Below are positions 25,986 through 38,299 of a DNA stretch of 64,000 bases, in pieces. Position 1 is the stretch's first letter, and every line of letters begins with the position of its first letter. Origin of the DNA: Rhynchobatus australiae (Eukaryota); the NCBI GenBank assembly GCA_034780895.1, contig JAUZTB010000066.1, positions 11,719,342-11,783,341 of the forward strand. Direction: 5' to 3'. The position numbers and the translations under genes are program-made. Under the pieces are notes generated by a model. The model did not search any database, was not told the origin of the DNA, and was given only the letters and a program-made list of their open reading frames with translations.

Positions 25986-26544
25986 TAATTGAGAGCAAAC
26001 TCAGAACCCAAATGCGGCACACCGATACAAGACTGGAGTCAGGATACTTCCTCAGGACAAACACAGGCNNNNNNNNNNNNNNNNNNNNNNNNNNNNNNNN
26101 NNNNNNNNNNNNNNNNNNNNNNNNNNNNNNNNNNNNNNNNNNNNNNNNNNNNNNNNNNNNNNNNNNNNNNNNNNNNNNNNNNNNNNNNNNNNNNNNNNNN
26201 NNNNNNNNNNNNNNNNNNNNNNNNNNNNNNNNNNNNNNNNNNNNNNNNNNNNNNNNNNNNNNNNNNNNNNNNNNNNNNNNNNNNNNNNNNNNNNNNNNNN
26301 NNNNNNNNNNNNNNNNNNNNNNNNNNNNNNNNNNNNNNNNNNNNNNNNNNNNNNNNNNNNNNNNNNNNNNNNNNNNNNNNNNNNNNNNNNNNNNNNNNNN
26401 NNNNNNNNNNNNNNNNNNNNNNNNNNNNNNNNNNNNNNNNNNNNNNNNNNNNNNNNNNNNNNNNNNNNNNNNNNNNNNNNNNNNNNNNNNNNNNNNNNNN
26501 NNNNNNNNNNCAATGTACATGTGACTAATAAAGAAATCTTATTG

Positions 26545-26672
26545 TAACCAGCATCTGTGGAGGCAAAGGGATGGTTGATATTTCAGGCTGTGATGCAGGG
26601 TCACCGACCATCCCTTTGCCTCCACAGATGCTGCTTGACCCGCTGAGTTCCTCCAGTAGTTCGCTTTTGCCC
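26545..26672. mobile_element. Penelope-like fragment with an inverted repeat
   Basis: 27-bp perfect inverted arms at 26549-26575 and 26607-26633. Confidence 0.7.
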
Positions 26673-26784
26673 AAAAGAAAATTGCTAACTGAGATTTCAG
26701 CTGCTGAGAAAACAGGTCAGAACATGTGTTGATCCTCTCACATGTTTAAATATTATGTAGCTAAATATAGTAGCAGTAAATTCT

Positions 26785-27078
26785 TCTTTTTAGACAGTCC
26801 CTCGGGGTTGAGGATGACCTGCTCCCACTGCAGTTTTGTGCATTTTGAGCTGACTCATGAGACCAATGTGGGGAGTGCAAATGTTTCTACAGTTGGGGTA
26901 GGAGATGGGTGGCGGGAATGTGTGAGTAGTCTGTGAGGTGATGTGCTTCCTCCATTAACACAGGGCTTCCGTGTGCTCCCATTGCATGGACTCAAAGCTC
27001 ACAGTGTTATCCTGAGATTTCCTTCTCCACTTTGGATGGTCTTGGGCCAGGAATTCTTAGGGATCAAGAGGACTTTGA
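26785..27078 (-). mobile_element. RTE-like LINE 3' end
   Basis: Similar to 2630-2900. Confidence 0.7.
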
Positions 27079-28249
27079 GCCCACGTAACAGTGAACAGCC
27101 AGATGCAGATGAAACCACAAACACAGATACATTGACAGGAATGATCCATTTAACTTACACCTATATAGAACATGTATAATTTACACTGACCTTTAACATG
27201 TGTATAGTATATGGAGATTTGCTAACACTTTACCCTTAGGCAAAATTCCTGAATAACTTACTTTACTGGAAGATATTACATAATTCAAATTGATACAGTC
27301 CTCTTGTAAACAGCCAATGCATGCAGAGCCTTACTGAGTCTCTGAAATCCCAACAAATGTGGCTGAGCTATGCAACAATTGACCAATAGAATCATGGTGA
27401 TTGTCAGTCCCAAATTCTTCACTGATAATCCAGAGATACAAGTCCAAATCTCATAAAGGCACCTGGGGAATTTAAATTCAGTTAAATGAAATGAATTATG
27501 GATTTTAAAAAACTCATGTTAGTAATGAAGTACCTGGTTCATTGATGATCCATAAGGGAAGGAAATCTGTCTTCCTCACCTGGTCTGGGTTATATGTTAA
27601 TTCAGACATCTCTGTTGACTCTGTGTCAANNNNNNNNNNNNNNNNNNNNNNNNNNNNNNNNNNNNNNNNNNNNNNNNNNNNNNNNNNNNNNNNNNNNNNN
27701 NNNNNNNNNNNNNNNNNNNNNNNNNNNNNNNNNNNNNNNNNNNNNNNNNNNNNNNNNNNNNNNNNNNNNNNNNNNNNNNNNNNNNNNNNNNNNNNNNNNN
27801 NNNNNNNNNNNNNNNNNNNNNNNNNNNNNNNNNNNNNNNNNNNNNNNNNNNNNNNNNNNNNNNNNNNNNNNNNNNNNNNNNNNNNNNNNNNNNNNNNNNN
27901 NNNNNNNNNNNNNNNNNNNNNNNNNNNNNNNNNNNNNNNNNNNNNNNNNNNNNNNNNNNNNNNNNNNNNNNNNNNNNNNNNNNNNNNNNNNNNNNNNNNN
28001 NNNNNNNNNNNNNNNNNNNNNNNNNNNNNNNNNNNNNNNNNNNNNNNNNNNNNNNNNNNNNNNNNNNNNNNNNNNNNNNNNNNNNNNNNNNNNNNNNNNN
28101 NNNNNNNNNNNNNNNNNNNNNNNNNNNNNNNNNNNNNNNNNNNNNNNNNNNNNNNNNNNNNNNNNNNNNNNNNNNNNNNNNNNNNNNNNNNNNNNNNNNN
28201 NNNNNNNNNNNNNNNNNNNNNNNNNNNNNNNNNNNNNNNNNNNNNNNNN

Positions 28250-28362
28250 NNAAAAACTTGTCTTGCATACTGATCGTACAGGTCAATTCATTACACAGTG
28301 CAGTTACATTGAGTTAGTACAGAGTGCACAGGTAAAAACAATAACAGTACAGAGTAATGCAC
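28250..28362 (-). mobile_element. Rex1-like 3' UTR fragment
   Basis: Reverse complement of 17060-17150. Confidence 0.7.
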
Positions 28363-28924
28363 CCAAAATTTACAAGTACATCAGCTTTTCTCCAAAATCT
28401 TCCCATAGTAAATGGACATGTGGAGTAAGTTATGTTTTCCCCAATTCCTGTATAGTTCTGTTTATCAGGCAATGCTCACTACTAAGTTGCAGTATTAACT
28501 TTATTAAGCTAAGTTACCTGCAAGTAGATGTGTCTGCATGGATTTGGAAATCAAGTGTTTGATTACTTACACGTCAAAGTTCAAGAAACAATATAGATCT
28601 TGCTTGTTCTCTAGTTCATGACAAATTGACTTATGTCAATCAGGAATATTAGCTTCTGTATCTCTAAGCTGGAGAACTTGGTTAAAAGTAAGCCAAGCTC
28701 CTCACATGTTCATTATGTAGGACCAGTCATTGAAAATGAGTATTTGCAAAGACTTCTTAGAACAGGACTTTTTGTGATACCCTCTAAGATGGAATTTCAT
28801 GTCTAATTTTGTACATTCAGATGGCTGAGGACATCATAAACTATTTTCAGGTATTTATTCTGAGGACTTTTTTTGAACTATATCCGATGAGAATATAGAT
28901 TCTGTTCAGAATTGTTCCAATTAA

Positions 28925-29230
28925 ACATTCAAGAACAGCTACTTCCCTTCAACCATTCAGTTCTTGAACTAAATGGCACAACCCTAATCATTGCAGTACA
29001 GCAACACTATGGCCACTTCGATCACTTAGCACTAATATACTTTGTTTTTATGTTCTAATTGTGTTCTTTCTTGTAAAAACTGAGTATAATTTATGTTTCA
29101 TTCATGTTTTTCTTGTAAACACATCTTATGTGATGCTATGTGCCTGTGATGCTGCTTCAAGGAAGTTTTACATTGCACCTGTGCACACGTGTACTTGTGC
29201 ACATGACAATAAACTCGACTCTGACTTTAA
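28925..29230 (+). mobile_element. Rex1/Babar-like 3' end immediately upstream of the DDX52 promoter
   Basis: ttcaagaacagctacttcccttcaaccatt...gacaataaactcgactctgac. Confidence 0.75.
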
Positions 29231-29379
29231 ACTGCTTAAATAAAACACAAGCCTATTCCTACTCCTTAGTTACTTTAAGGGATTTTCTGTCTTTAGTTTC
29301 CAAGCAAGTAGAATGTGGATTATATATAAATGTGATAAATCACAAGCGTTCATCCCCCATAATCTCAGCCAAAAGGTGA

Positions 29380-29750
29380 GGGTGGGTTTCTTCACTTTCG
29401 GGTGTAATGTCTCTTTAATTCCAGGTGGGTGAGCCGGCTGTCGATCATAGATCAATCGCTGAACTCGGCGATCGATGCTTCGGGCTGCGTCGCGTTCTCT
29501 CCTTGGCGATGGAGGCATTCGAGTTGTTCCGAGCGCTGGGTGCCGGCGCCACGTTTGACTGGAAGCGGTTCGGCCGCGACGCCGAGAGGCTGCGGGTGAG
29601 CGGCGGAACCTGGGCCTCAGCCTCGGGGCTTCGGTTGGGTGGCGCCTTCGTCAACTATATGCGGGGGCGAGCGGCGGGAGGGAGCCCAGGCCCCCCCGGT
29701 CCCCAGCCCCCTGGGCGCCCCACGCCGCCCCCCGGTCCCCAGCCCCCTGN
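29380..29750 (+). promoter_or_regulatory. CpG-rich promoter/first-exon region of DDX52
   Basis: Abrupt rise in GC and CpG content against a CpG-depleted background; spans the ATG. Confidence 0.8.
29509..29595 (+). CDS. DDX52: DDX52 exon 1 (MEAFELFRALGAGATFDWKRFGRDAERLR)
   Basis: ATG in a CpG-rich segment; peptide resembles the vertebrate DDX52 N-terminus (MDxxDLFRRLGAGAKFDxxRF); GTGAG donor at 29596, phase 0. Confidence 0.95.
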
Positions 29751-30192
29751 NNNNNNNNNNNNNNNNNNNNNNNNNNNNNNNNNNNNNNNNNNNNNNNNNN
29801 NNNNNNNNNNNNNNNNNNNNNNNNNNNNNNNNNNNNNNNNNNNNNNNNNNNNNNNNNNNNNNNNNNNNNNNNNNNNNNNNNNNNNNNNNNNNNNNNNNNN
29901 NNNNNNNNNNNNNNNNNNNNNNNNNNNNNNNNNNNNNNNNNNNNNNNNNNNNNNNNNNNNNNNNNNNNNNNNNNNNNNNNNNNNNNNNNNNNNNNNNNNN
30001 NNNNNNNNNNNNNNNNNNNNNNNNNNNNNNNNNNNNNNNNNNNNNNNNNNNNNNNNNNNNNNNNNNNNNNNNNNNNNNNNNNNNNNNNNNNNNNNNNNNN
30101 NNNNNNNNNNNNNNNNNNNNNNNNNNNNNNNNNNNNNNNNNNNNNNNNNNNNNNNNNNNNNNNNNNNNNNNNNNNNNNNNNNNNNNNNNNNN

Positions 30193-30372
30193 AGCTTCTT
30201 CCCCTCCGCCATCAGATTTCTGAACAGTCCATGAACACTACCTCATTATTCCTCTTTTGCACTATTTATTTTGTAACTTGCAGTAATTTTTTACATCTTC
30301 CACTGTACTGCTGCCACAAAACAACAAATTTCACGACATATGTCAGTGATAATAAACCTGATTCTGATTCTG
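30193..30372 (+). mobile_element. Rex1 3' end in DDX52 intron 1
   Basis: SFFPSAIRFLN; tail matches 23602-23728. Confidence 0.8.
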
Positions 30373-30569
30373 AACTTTACATAGACAACATGGAAGTCAG
30401 GACTGAAGTTGGGTGGGTGGAACTATGCTCTGGCTTGCTGCCCTAGATCTCCCAAGAGACCAAACTTCTGTCCACCTTGAGCCCTGATGCAGGGTTTCAA
30501 CTAGAAATGTCGACAATTCTTTTCCTCCCACCAATGCTGCTGTTCTTCCAGCAGATTGTTTGAACATGT

Positions 30570-31520
30570 TCAGAGATGGGTTCCACAGCTCTGTGAAGTG
30601 GAGGGGCAAGAAATTCCTCTTTGTCTCAGTGTTAAGTGGGAAATAATTTATTTTGAAGCAATACACATTAAAACTTGTAAAATCCTTATAGATCTTGACA
30701 GGCAGGATGTAGAAAGGATGTTTCCTCAGGGTCACAGTCTCAGAATAAGGAACTGGCTGTTAGGACTGAGATGAGAAACCTCTTCACTCAGAGTTGGGTC
30801 ATTGAGTATAAGAATCAAGAAATTGTGTTTTAGCTGTATAAAACTTTGGTTAGGTCACATTTGGATTCGGTTCTAGTTGCCCCCATTGCAGGAAGGATGC
30901 GGAGGCTTTGGAGAGGGTGTAGAGGAGGTTCACCGGGATGCTGCCAGGATTAGAGAGTATTAGCTATAAGGTGAAGTTGGACAGACTTGGATTGTTTTCT
31001 CTGATTGTCAGAGGCTGAGGGGAGACCTGATGAAACTATAAAATTATGAGAGACACAGATAGGATAGATAGTCTCTTTCCCAGGGTAGAAATGTCAAATA
31101 ATAGCAGAGCTTTTAAGATGAGAGGGGGAAAGTTTAAGGGAGATGTGCAGGGCATGTTTTTTCTACACAGTGGTGGGTGCCTGGAATGTGCTGCCAGGGG
31201 TCATGACAGAAGCAGACATGATTGTGGTGCTTAAGAGGCATTTAGACAGACACAAGAACATGAATGGAATGGAAGGATGTAGATTATGTGTAGGCAGATG
31301 GGATTAGATGTCATGGGCCAAAGGGCTTGTTCTTGTGCTGTTCCATGAACCTTTGGAGTTCTCTGCCTGAAGGGGCTGGGCAAGCTCGGTCATTGATTTA
31401 GTACAACAAGAAATTCAGAATTCAATATTAAGAGAATTGAGGGATATGGGGCTAGGAAATCATCCATGATCTTGATGAATGATGGAGCAGGCTTGAAGTA
31501 CCAGATGGCCTCCTAATTTT
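30570..31520 (+). mobile_element. Nested CR1-like LINE fragments
   Basis: aggaaggatgcggaggctttggagagggtgtagaggaggttcacc (RKD..ALERV.RRFT) and a CR1 tail. Confidence 0.85.
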
Positions 31521-31948
31521 AGGGTTTTTATGCCATGTCATTGGCCCTAAATGAGAGATCTCTGGCTTCAGTATCCCACAAAGACAGTGGACAGTCCTTA
31601 AGAAGATCTGCACAAACCTTGGATGTTGCAGCCATCAGTCCCATTAAGATCTGTTGCTCGAGGGAATTTCTTTCTCCACTTAGCACCTAAGGCCATTGTT
31701 TGGATTAACAGACTGTACATCCAAGAGTAGGTTTTCATGTTATATGTAATAATGTCCTTTTAGACTATTGAGCCCATGCCAGCTCTGCAAGAATAATCTC
31801 CACTACCATTAATCTATTGTTTGACCTTGCAATATTTCTAACCTGCTGAAACTGGTGGAAATGCTCAGCAGGTTAGTAGAGAGAAACAGTTAATCAAATG
31901 TTCTTTTTGCATATTTATATAAATTTTGTTCATTGTTCACTTTTCCAG

Positions 31949-32286
31949 ACAACAAAATCAAACAATACCATCTTAAGTGAAAACTCTACAGACCTCGACT
32001 TTTTTAAGAGTCAGCATATTACAAGTGACAAACCAGTGGAGANNNNNNNNNNNNNNNNNNNNNNNNNNNNNNNNNNNNNNNNNNNNNNNNNNNNNNNNNN
32101 NNNNNNNNNNNNNNNNNNNNNNNNNNNNNNNNNNNNNNNNNNTGGAGAGCATTTCAAAGAGCTGGGGGCAGAAAGATGGTTCTGATGAAGACTGTGAAGA
32201 TCTCTGCATTTCTACATCCCCAGGAAAAAGAAAACTTGCAATTAGTGGATCAGAAAAGAGGAAAAAGAGCAAAAAGGAAGCCAAGG
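31949..32286 (+). CDS. DDX52: DDX52 exon 2 (TTKSNNTILSENSTDLDFFKS...KRKKSKKEAK), interrupted by a 100-N gap
   Basis: ttttccag acceptor; LDFF motif; GTATGT donor at 32287; frame is continuous if the duplicated TGGAGA flanking the gap is collapsed. Confidence 0.88.
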
Positions 32287-32809
32287 GTATGTTGTGCTTG
32301 CTAAAGGAGAGTAATCTCAGTGTGTAATCTTACTGATCTTGAAATCTGTGGGGTAATTTCTTTTCATAATGAATAATTTCCACTCATACCCAAAAAGGCA
32401 CATGATTTTTTTGGGGCATTGATGAGTGTATTTAAGGATGCCAAAAGTATAGTAATTTGCACAAAGATGTGTCAGATCCTTGCCCAAAATTCCTTGCTGC
32501 TTGGTCCCTCTTGACAAAAATACAGGTGTGTGTGGTGGCTTACTCTAATAAGCACACTCTGTTTGAACCATGACATTGTCAATAAATGATTTGACTTTGG
32601 GTTCACGACATCACGTCACAGACCAATTGTGCACTCATGTCTAAGAAATGAGATTTTTAGCAGCTGGCACTGGATGGTGCTCGGTAGGAATTTTGGCTGA
32701 CTTTGCTTTATCCCTCTTAACCAGAAAGACAGATTCCAGTTATAGAGCCTATGGTCAGTTTACAGTACAGCACAGAGTGTATATAGAACTTGGGGCTGTC
32801 CTGGTTGGG

Positions 32810-33172
32810 GTTAGAAAAATAGAAAAATTAGAGGAGCAGTAGACCATTCGGCCCCTGAAGCCTGCTGTGCTGTTCAATATGATCTTGGCTGCTCCTTTAA
32901 TTTAGTACCATATTTCAATTGTCACAGATACTCCTTGATACCTTTTGTATCTGGAAGTCTATTAAACTCTTTAAAATGTATTCAGCGGCTTGGCCTCTAT
33001 CGCCTTCTGTGGCACTTGTGTAATTTCTCCTTGTCCTAGTCCCAAGTATCTTACTGAATATCCTCAGACAGTGGTCCCGAGTTCTATGCACCCTTGCTGC
33101 ATCCAGCCTATTGAGACTTGTCAGAATTTTGTATGTTTCAATGAGATCTGTCATACTTCTAAACTCTAGCTC
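32810..33172 (-). mobile_element. CR1-like 3' fragment
   Basis: LEFRSMTDLIETYKIL in the minus-strand ORF. Confidence 0.75.
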
Positions 33173-33499
33173 TGTGTCAAAGGTGCATTTACCTATTCTA
33201 CCACTGTTAGCAGTGTTTAATTGTTTTAAAAGATTTTTTACCAAGTGCTTAGATGTAACAGTTCATTGTGACTGACATTTTCATTTATTAACATTTTTAT
33301 GCATACAACTTCATTTTTGAAAAAGTGCAATCAACTTTAAGTGTTTTGGGGGCTAAAATTTAATTTTTCTTTACGATTTCACTAGACTTGCCTTTGTGGA
33401 CAGGCAATCTACTGTTAAGCCTCCTCCAATGTTTCTCATACAGCAGCCAGGATAGTTTAGAGGAAGCATTCTTGTATTATTATTTCTCATATATTTTCT

Positions 33500-33805
33500 T
33501 ATGATATAGAAGGTCATTTGGCCTATCAAGTCTGTGTAATTGCATCAGGGCAATTGCATCAATCCCATTTCCTCTTATATCTCTGTGATCCATTCTATCC
33601 CGCATGACCATCGGACACACTGGTGTAATTTGCAGGAATCAATTAACCTACCCACCAGCATGTCTTTGGAATATGGGAGGAAACCTGAACACCATGTGAT
33701 CATGGCAGAATGTGCAGACTCCACAGAGGCAACACTGGAGGTCAGGATTGAACCAGTTGTTGGCGCTGTGGGACAGCAGTACTACCTGCTGCACCACTGT
33801 GCCTC
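33500..33805 (-). mobile_element. HE1 V-SINE
   Basis: gtctttggaatatgggaggaaacc V-domain; head at ~33800. Confidence 0.75.
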
Positions 33806-34412
33806 CTTTCGCTCTGTCTGAAACTTTCTAGCCTACTGCTGATGATGATTATAATATCTGAAATTTAATGAAGCCAGACATTAATCTTGTGTCCCTGAAC
33901 CTCGGCACACTTTGATGGTTGAATGTGCTGCCCCACATGTGGCAAATATTCGAAAAATCAGCACATCACCACTCCCACAGTGGCAGATGATATGATTTCC
34001 CAACTGGCTGCCTCCTGCACTTGAATGTACTGTTGACAGGAACGTATTTAATTATTGTGGAGTGCAGAGAATTAGAACAGCAGATGACTGAATTATCTTA
34101 CTAAAGAAACCTCCTGTATTTCTTGGCTGCTATATCAAAAGTAGTGTTGACAGTAATATTGAAGTTACTTGCCCAATGAACTGCTCACTCAAGGGAAAGG
34201 CAAAGTAGAAAGGAATACTAAAAATTATGAAATACTGTTGAATCTTGATTACTTTGGTGATGAAGGGAAGAGTTGAGAGTTTGATCTTGGGCTTTCCTTA
34301 ATTTATTTTCAAAAATGAAGTTCTATAGAGCTGTGGACATTGCTGATGTTGGCACTAAAGGTTCCTGTTCTGTCTTTCTTCCTTCCTCCTACCACCCTCA
34401 CTCAAATATAAG

Positions 34413-34555
34413 TGGAGACCAAAACAACATGTGACATTTTTTCTAATATAATAAAGAATGATGAGGACATTAAGCCTTCACTTGAAAGCAAGACCAAAAA
34501 AAGTCATGACACAGAACCTAGTGCTGAGCAACGTGAACACCAGCGACGAGAAAAG
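34413..34555 (+). CDS. DDX52: DDX52 exon 3 (VETKTT...EHQRREK)
   Basis: Pyrimidine tract followed by an AAG acceptor, phase-compatible with exon 2; ends RREK|gtttg like vertebrate DDX52 (LRKEK); 5' boundary less certain. Confidence 0.82.
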
Positions 34556-34668
34556 GTTTGTCTTTTGTCCATTTCTAGGAACATGCCTACTTGTTTGTTG
34601 CGCAAAGGATAATTTAAAAATACTACAGTAATGTTTGCCTTTGTTATAAAATCTTATTTGTTTTCAAG

Positions 34669-35442
34669 ATAAATAAGTTCCGGAGGAAGCATCGGATTTA
34701 CGTGGATGGGACTGATATCCCTGAACCAGTTGCTACCTTTGAGCAGCTCAGACAAGAATATAAAGTCCACTCAAAAATTATTCAACATGTGCAGGAAGCT
34801 GGGTTTCAATTTCCTACTCCAANNNNNNNNNNNNNNNNNNNNNNNNNNNNNNNNNNNNNNNNNNNNNNNNNNNNNNNNNNNNNNNNNNNNNNNNNNNNNN
34901 NNNNNNNNNNNNNNNNNNNNNNNNNNNNNNNNNNNNNNNNNNNNNNNNNNNNNNNNNNNNNNNNNNNNNNNNNNNNNNNNNNNNNNNNNNNNNNNNNNNN
35001 NNNNNNNNNNNNNNNNNNNNNNNNNNNNNNNNNNNNNNNNNNNNNNNNNNNNNNNNNNNNNNNNNNNNNNNNNNNNNNNNNNNNNNNNNNNNNNNNNNNN
35101 NNNNNNNNNNNNNNNNNNNNNNNNNNNNNNNNNNNNNNNNNNNNNNNNNNNNNNNNNNNNNNNNNNNNNNNNNNNNNNNNNNNNNNNNNNNNNNNNNNNN
35201 NNNNNNNNNNNNNNNNNNNNNNNNNNNNNNNNNNNNNNNNNNNNNNNNNNNNNNNNNNNNNNNNNNNNNNNNNNNNNNNNNNNNNNNNNNNNNNNNNNNN
35301 NNNNNNNNNNNNNNNNNNNNNNNNNNNNNNNNNNNNNNNNNNNNNNNNNNNNNNNNNNNNNNNNNNNNNNNNNNNNNNNNNNNNNNNNNNNNNNNNNNNN
35401 NNNNNNNNNNNNNNNNNNNNNNNNNNNCCCATCATGCTACAT
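34669..35442 (+). CDS. DDX52: DDX52 exon 4 (INKFRRKHRIYVDGTDIPEPVATF...GFQFPTP [gap] PIMLH), Q-motif region
   Basis: ttttcaag acceptor, GTAAG donor at 35443; Q-motif GFxxPTPIQ is partly lost in a 605-N gap. Confidence 0.92.
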
Positions 35443-35554
35443 GTAAGTGTTTTGTTGGTTCACATGCAAAACATGTGCCCTGATACATCTTGTTGGAGAC
35501 CAGGCAGGTAAGAAAGTAAAGAATAGAAGTGGGAGTAGATCTTTAGATCCTTCA

Positions 35555-35655
35555 TGAAAAAACGAGATGCTGGAGGAAATCAGCAGGTCAGGCAGCATCC
35601 ATGGAGAAAAGCGGATGGTCAATGCTTCGGGTCAGGACCCTTCTTCAGGACAGAA
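35555..35655 (-). mobile_element. Penelope-like terminal fragment with a hammerhead-like motif
   Basis: Reverse complement gtcctgaagaagggtcctgacccgaagcattgac. Confidence 0.7.
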
Positions 35656-35889
35656 CTTTATTCCCCAACGATAAATTCTTAGTACTTTGTTTTAGTCTGA
35701 GTGACCCCAAGCTACAGTACATTGTTTTTTGTTAAATGCATCCTTTCTATTTGTATCCTTGTTAACATTTGTCAGGTTGGTGGAAGGAGGTTATAAGTGC
35801 ATAATGTAGAGGAACATAACTGTTTAAGCCCTCGAATCTCTTTCAACATTCAGTAAAATAATGAATGTGACCTAGCTCCATATGCTCAG

Positions 35890-36715
35890 CACTGAACATC
35901 CAGTTCTTCACCATGATTCTTCACTGTCCTACCCCTTGATGCACAATACTGCCTGCACCCTTTCCCTCAACAATCAAGATCTATGACAAGTCCCTAGTCG
36001 ACATGAATTGCTTCCCATATTTTGGGAGTCAAAGACAGACACCAATGACTAAATCCACCACTCTGTTCAGTGCACCAGCACAGATTTTGGTCACCTGAGG
36101 AAAAGAGTGTTGGAAGACCAAGACCTCAGATCTGGCATTAAGCTCATGATCAGTTGATCAGCAGGGAGTCCTGCCTTCCTCTACGCTTCAGAGCCAGTTT
36201 ACCAGAGGATCCTCAAAAGTGCTGCAGAATTACACCAATAAAGCAATGTTAGTGTCTTCTCCCAGACCAACATTACAAGCTTTAATCACGTTAAGCCAGC
36301 TCTGTTGGATAGGTCACATTCTTCACATGCCTGATATCAGCACTTTATGGCAGATCTCGGAATAACGAGCAATTTCCATAAGGAGAGAAAAAAAACCTTT
36401 TCAAGTGTGTGCTCAAAAATTCCTTAGAAAAAGTGTAACATCCTCATTGACTCATGGGAATCCATGGCCCAAGACTACTTAAACTTGTGGAAAAGAATCC
36501 AGGAAAGCCACAAACATTTTGGGTGTCCCCAGGAGCACCTGGAGGACAAGTACAGACAACGGTAAGAACCTACAGCAATCCAAACAACCCAGCCCACCCC
36601 ACCATCTGTCCCACCTGTGACAGAGTCTGCAGCTTCTGCATTGGGTTCACTAGTCACAGCAGAAAGCTAGAACTTCAGTGGAAACAAGTAATGCTTGAAT
36701 GAAGTACTGCCTTTT
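35890..36715 (+). mobile_element. RTE-like LINE 3' fragment
   Basis: ggtcacctgaggaaaagagtgttggaagac; terminal CPTCDRVC zinc-finger-like remnant; ggaaacaagtaatgc end. Confidence 0.7.
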
Positions 36716-37088
36716 AAAAGAAAAAATAATAATAGTGTGCTATAAGGCTTTATGCCATTGGAACATATTCCCAAAAAAAGGGTGGACACTTGCTGATTAA
36801 TTTTATTGACAGACATCAATAGTGTACCTGGATGCTAGATGGAATTTCATTTGCACAAGCAGAAATTGTGTGAACGATGCAAATTTTGGGGAAGGTGCAC
36901 TTTCTGGAGCACAGAATTTGAAGTTCATTAATGCTATTGCAAGTAATTGCACACCATCTCCTATATTTTGAAGACCAATGGATAAATGAAATGAAAATAA
37001 ATATTTCTCAGTAGCTAAATATCAATTGATTTAAATATTTGATGTTATATTGGTGTTATCCTGAAACTGTTTTATGTACCTGTCACAG

Positions 37089-37232
37089 AATCGTGAGATC
37101 CTGGCCTGTGCCCCAACTGGATCAGGAAAGACATTGGCTTTTTGCATTCCACTCTTGACTTGTCTAAAACAGCCAATGAACAAAGGTTTCAGGGCATTGA
37201 TCTTAGCTCCCACTCGAGAGCTTGCCAGTCAG
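37089..37232 (+). CDS. DDX52: DDX52 exon 5 (motif I APTGSGKT, motif Ia PTRELA)
   Basis: cacag acceptor, gtaag donor; Walker A and PTRELA motifs. Confidence 0.97.
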
Positions 37233-37284
37233 GTAAGTTTTGGTACTAGAGAGCAATCTGACAGCAAATGTATCAGCTAACCAA

Positions 37285-38012
37285 AGTTAATTGGTACTTG
37301 TCACATGTACCAAGGTACAGTGAAAAACTTGTCCTGCATATCATTCATACAGATCAATTCATTACAACAGTGCATTGAGGTAGTACAAGGTAAAACAATA
37401 ACAAAATGCAGAATAATGTGTTACAGTTACAGAGAAAGTGCAGGTAGACAATAAAGTGCAATGTCATAAGGTAGATTGTGAGGTCAAGAATCCATCTTAT
37501 CGTACTAGAGAACTGTTCAATAGTCTTATAAAAGCAGGGTAGAAGCTGTCCTTGAGCCTGGTGGTATGTGCTTATAGGCTTTTGAATCTTCTGCCCGATG
37601 AGAGAGTGGACGAGAGAAAGTCCAGGGTGGGTGGGGTCTTTGATTGTACTGGCTGCTTTACCAAGGCAGCGAGAAGTGTAGACAGAGTTCATGGAGGAGA
37701 GACTGGTTTCTGTGATGTGCTGAGCTGTGTCAACAACTCCCTGCAGTTTCTTGCAGTCATGGGCAGAGCAGTTGCCATACCAAGCAATGATGCATCCAAA
37801 TAGGATCTTTCTATGGTACATTGATAAAAATAGGTGAGGGTCAAAGGGGACATGCCAAATTTCTTTAGCCTCCTGAGGAAGTAGAGGTGCTGGTGACATT
37901 TTCGTGGTTGGACCAGGACAGGCTATTGGTGATGTTCACTCCTACGAACTAGAACCTCTCAACTCTCTCAACCTCAGCACTGTTGATGTACTCAGGAGCA
38001 TGTGCACCACAC
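37285..38012 (-). mobile_element. Rex1/Babar LINE 3' portion
   Basis: ILFGCIIAWYGNCSAHDCKKLQGVVDTAQHIT, typical of the Rex1 C-terminal domain. Confidence 0.88.
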
Positions 38013-38299
38013 CCAGTACAATATTTATTTACTTGAGTGAAACATGCTTTTGACACACTGAGACAAAATGCTGGCATTAATACCTTCAAGCCACAGCAGG
38101 CATCAGAATGCATTCAATGATTTTATGAATGAAGCAAGTTGGACTTAATGTTGCAGGGCAGGACAATGGCACTGAATTTCTCAGCATTGCCACCAATGTT
38201 TCTTGAAGTGCATGAACTGAAGTTTAGGAATTGGCTGCATTGTTTCCTGTACTCCCAGCAATCAGAACCATGCAAATATTTTGAAAAGTTTTCTTTCTT

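Noticed and set aside
1-29400. Possible HNF1B terminal exons, expected upstream by synteny
   Set aside because: No HNF1B-like peptide (such as the C-terminal CPLQAW) recognised; the region appears intergenic
29425-29508. In-frame upstream extension of DDX52 from a GTG in the ORF track
   Set aside because: Bacterial-style start call; homology begins at ATG 29509
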